Of a stretch of DNA of 64,000 bases, positions 61,861 through 64,000 are shown piece after piece. Within the stretch, counting starts at the first letter, position 1. Each line of letters starts with the position of its first letter. This DNA comes from Podarcis liolepis (taxonomy: Eukaryota), in NCBI GenBank assembly GCA_965112155.1, contig OZ218101.1; one strand, 5' to 3'. The translations under genes and the position numbers were made by a program. The notes beneath the pieces were generated by a model. It saw only the letters and a list, made by a program, of their open reading frames with translations, made no database searches and was not told the origin of the DNA.

Positions 61861-63230
61861 CTAACTTGACCACAAAATCTACAGCAGGGCTATGCAAATC
61901 TAAGCAGCCTTGATTCTCAGTATCTGGGTTCACAATGGACAAAGGGCAGATTTAGCCCCCATCTGCAATTTCTCTTGTAAAAAAGTGAATCGTTTTCTCA
62001 CTCCTTACTATGAGAAAAGAACATACTGCTGCATGATTGTGCCCTGTTGGAGCAATGGCAAAATTGCCTGCCCCCCCTGGCAGTGGGTGGACTCTCATTG
62101 GCCGGAATCCTGCAGGGCATGCCTGTAATGTTTCTGTGTTGAACACAGAGGCATACTGCACCCCCCCCGGGTCCCTTGTAATAATTTGCAAGCCCTCCCT
62201 CTTCCCCACAACACATCCATCATAATGACGGGCATTTTGTGAGTATCAACAACAATAACAGCAGCAACGTATAGTAAATGCACGTGACCCTTGCGCAGCC
62301 GCATTCTACGCAGCAATAAAAAAAAATGAATGCTCTAATTGGGGGAAATGTTGCATTTCTTCCCCCAGGTATAAAATAGTGTGTTTTGAGTGCTGAGACT
62401 AACCATGTCTATTAGCATGCAATAATGTCCCCTTTAGAAAGATTGGTGTTTTACTTGGGTCCACAAAACCATGCCAGTATTTTGGTGTGTAGATTTTAGC
62501 AGAGTGTTCCATAAAGTAAACCAAAATCAAAGCAATATTGCATTTTACTGGGTTTTCTTTTTAAATGAGCATAACATTTTAAAGCCTGGGCATGCAATAC
62601 TGAAGTTTTTTGAATTTGCAATAAATTACTTAAATCATTGGAAGTTTGCCCCCAGAAGGGTGCTTTATTCAATTTCTCTTCATCTCCATGTGTACCTCCC
62701 CTCCCTCTTTTTTGGCTAATTGCACAATAATCGCAAAGTGGTAGTGTTTGCATCTTGCCATTCTAAAGAAATGGCAACTAGGAGAACAAATGTATGTGCA
62801 TTAGCACATGCTATTATCCCAATAGTGATGGAAAGAGAATTGTACCTTTGAATTTGAAAGACCTTCAGTATCATTGTGTAAAAAAAAAGGAATCAGTTGC
62901 TTAATGGACAAAGAAAGGAAGAAAATATTTTTAAAAATTACACTGCCCCCCCAAAAAGGCAAAAGAAGTGTAATAAAGCATTGTAAAGAAAGTTTTAAAA
63001 AGTAGCTGAAAATATCAGAGGAAATATGAAATGTTTACTCAGTTCTTATAGGGAGGAAGAAAGGGCTTGGGAACTTCAAGCTGTGTTGTGAAGCAATTGT
63101 CCATCCTTCTTGAGCCATTGCTGAATGAATATGTTGAATATTAAATTAAAACCTGCAATTTTCTACATCAAATTACCATACAATATATTAAGCACTATGT
63201 CTGTGCTGTTATAGTTGCTAGAAACAAATC

Positions 63231-63367
63231 TAGTGCTATTTTTCTAGAAAAAGAGGTGCTGGAACTCACCAATGAATACTTCCCTCGTTTTCTTAGAATA
63301 GCAATGGCACACACCTGAGAGGTGCTGGAACTGAGTTCCTGTGCGTTCCCTCTGAAAAAAAGCCCTG
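63231..63367. mobile_element. hAT-like MITE
   Basis: Imperfect TIRs TAGTGCTATTTTTCTAG / CTGAAAAAAAGCCCTG and a twice-repeated GAGGTGCTGGAACT. The TSD is only partly matched. Confidence 0.6.
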
Positions 63368-63511
63368 AACACCCACATCACCCACAGAAACTACATGCTC
63401 ACAAAAATACTACATCACACACTATGAAGACTTGCACCGTATGTGTCTTGTCTAGTCTTGTTATGTTGGATGAGTTTCAGTTGATAAGGCTTGAGGATGT
63501 GGACAAGGTGC

Positions 63512-63513
<2 letters not shown>

Positions 63514-63544
<31 letters not shown>

Positions 63545-63547
63545 TAT

Positions 63548-63578
<31 letters not shown>

Positions 63579-64000
63579 TACCCAGCCCATATGGGCAGTT
63601 ACCAACCAAATATTAAAAACACAATACAGCATTAAACATTAAAAACTTTCCTAAACAGGGCTGCCTTCAAATGTCTTCTAAAAGTCAGAGAGTTGTTTGT
63701 TTGACATCCGATGGGAGGGTGTTCCACAGGACTGAGAAGGCCCTCTGCCTGGTTTCCGGTAACCCCACTTCTCTCAGTGAGGGAACTGCCAGAAGGCCCT
63801 CGGCACTGGATCTCAGTGTCTGGGCAGAACGATGGGGGTGGAGACGCTCCTTCAGGTATACTGAACCAAAGCCATTTAGGGCTTTAAAGGTCAGCACCAA
63901 CACTTTGAATTGTGCTCGGAAACATACTGGGAGCCTATGTAGGTCTCAGCGGTTATATGGTCTCAGCGGCCACTCTCAGTCACCAGTCTAGCTGCTGCAT
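63514..64000 (-). mobile_element. L2 LINE 3' portion, running off the window end
   Basis: ORF 63685..63903 (LVLTFKALNGFGSVYLKERLHPHRSAQTLRSSAEGLLAVPSLREV..RQRAFSV); (TTTA)n/(AAT)n tail at 63514-63580. Confidence 0.92.

Noticed and set aside
1-64000. Naming the host gene or species
   Set aside because: No exon was recognised. The repeat content supports only a squamate, probably lacertid, origin.

Overview
This is vertebrate non-coding DNA, almost certainly from a squamate and probably a lacertid lizard. That call is inferred from the repeat set: Sauria SINEs, Ther1/MIR-derived Squam3-like SINEs, BovB, CR1 and L2 LINE 3' ends, and TA-targeting and hAT MITEs. I find no host protein-coding exon, RNA gene or CRISPR array. 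Every recognisable ORF in the track is a transposon remnant (CR1, L2 or BovB ORF2 C-termini, or a decayed Tigger/pogo transposase N-terminus). The window looks like a large intron or gene desert. Mobile elements cluster and nest, and are separated by repeat-free blocks rich in TAAT motifs that may be conserved non-coding enhancers; this cannot be verified without alignment. The most notable structures are: (1) a composite TIR-like element, present twice, carrying a captured L2 3' end between two copies of its right end; (2) a Tigger element with three nested retroposon insertions; (3) young Squam3-like SINEs inserted 3 of 4 times inside other small tRNA-derived SINEs; (4) SINEs with different tRNA heads on the same CR1 tail; (5) a clean 258-bp solo LTR with a full promoter motif set. 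There are two assembly gaps (5234-5375 and 38557-38685). Family names come from my recall of consensus motifs, not from a database search.
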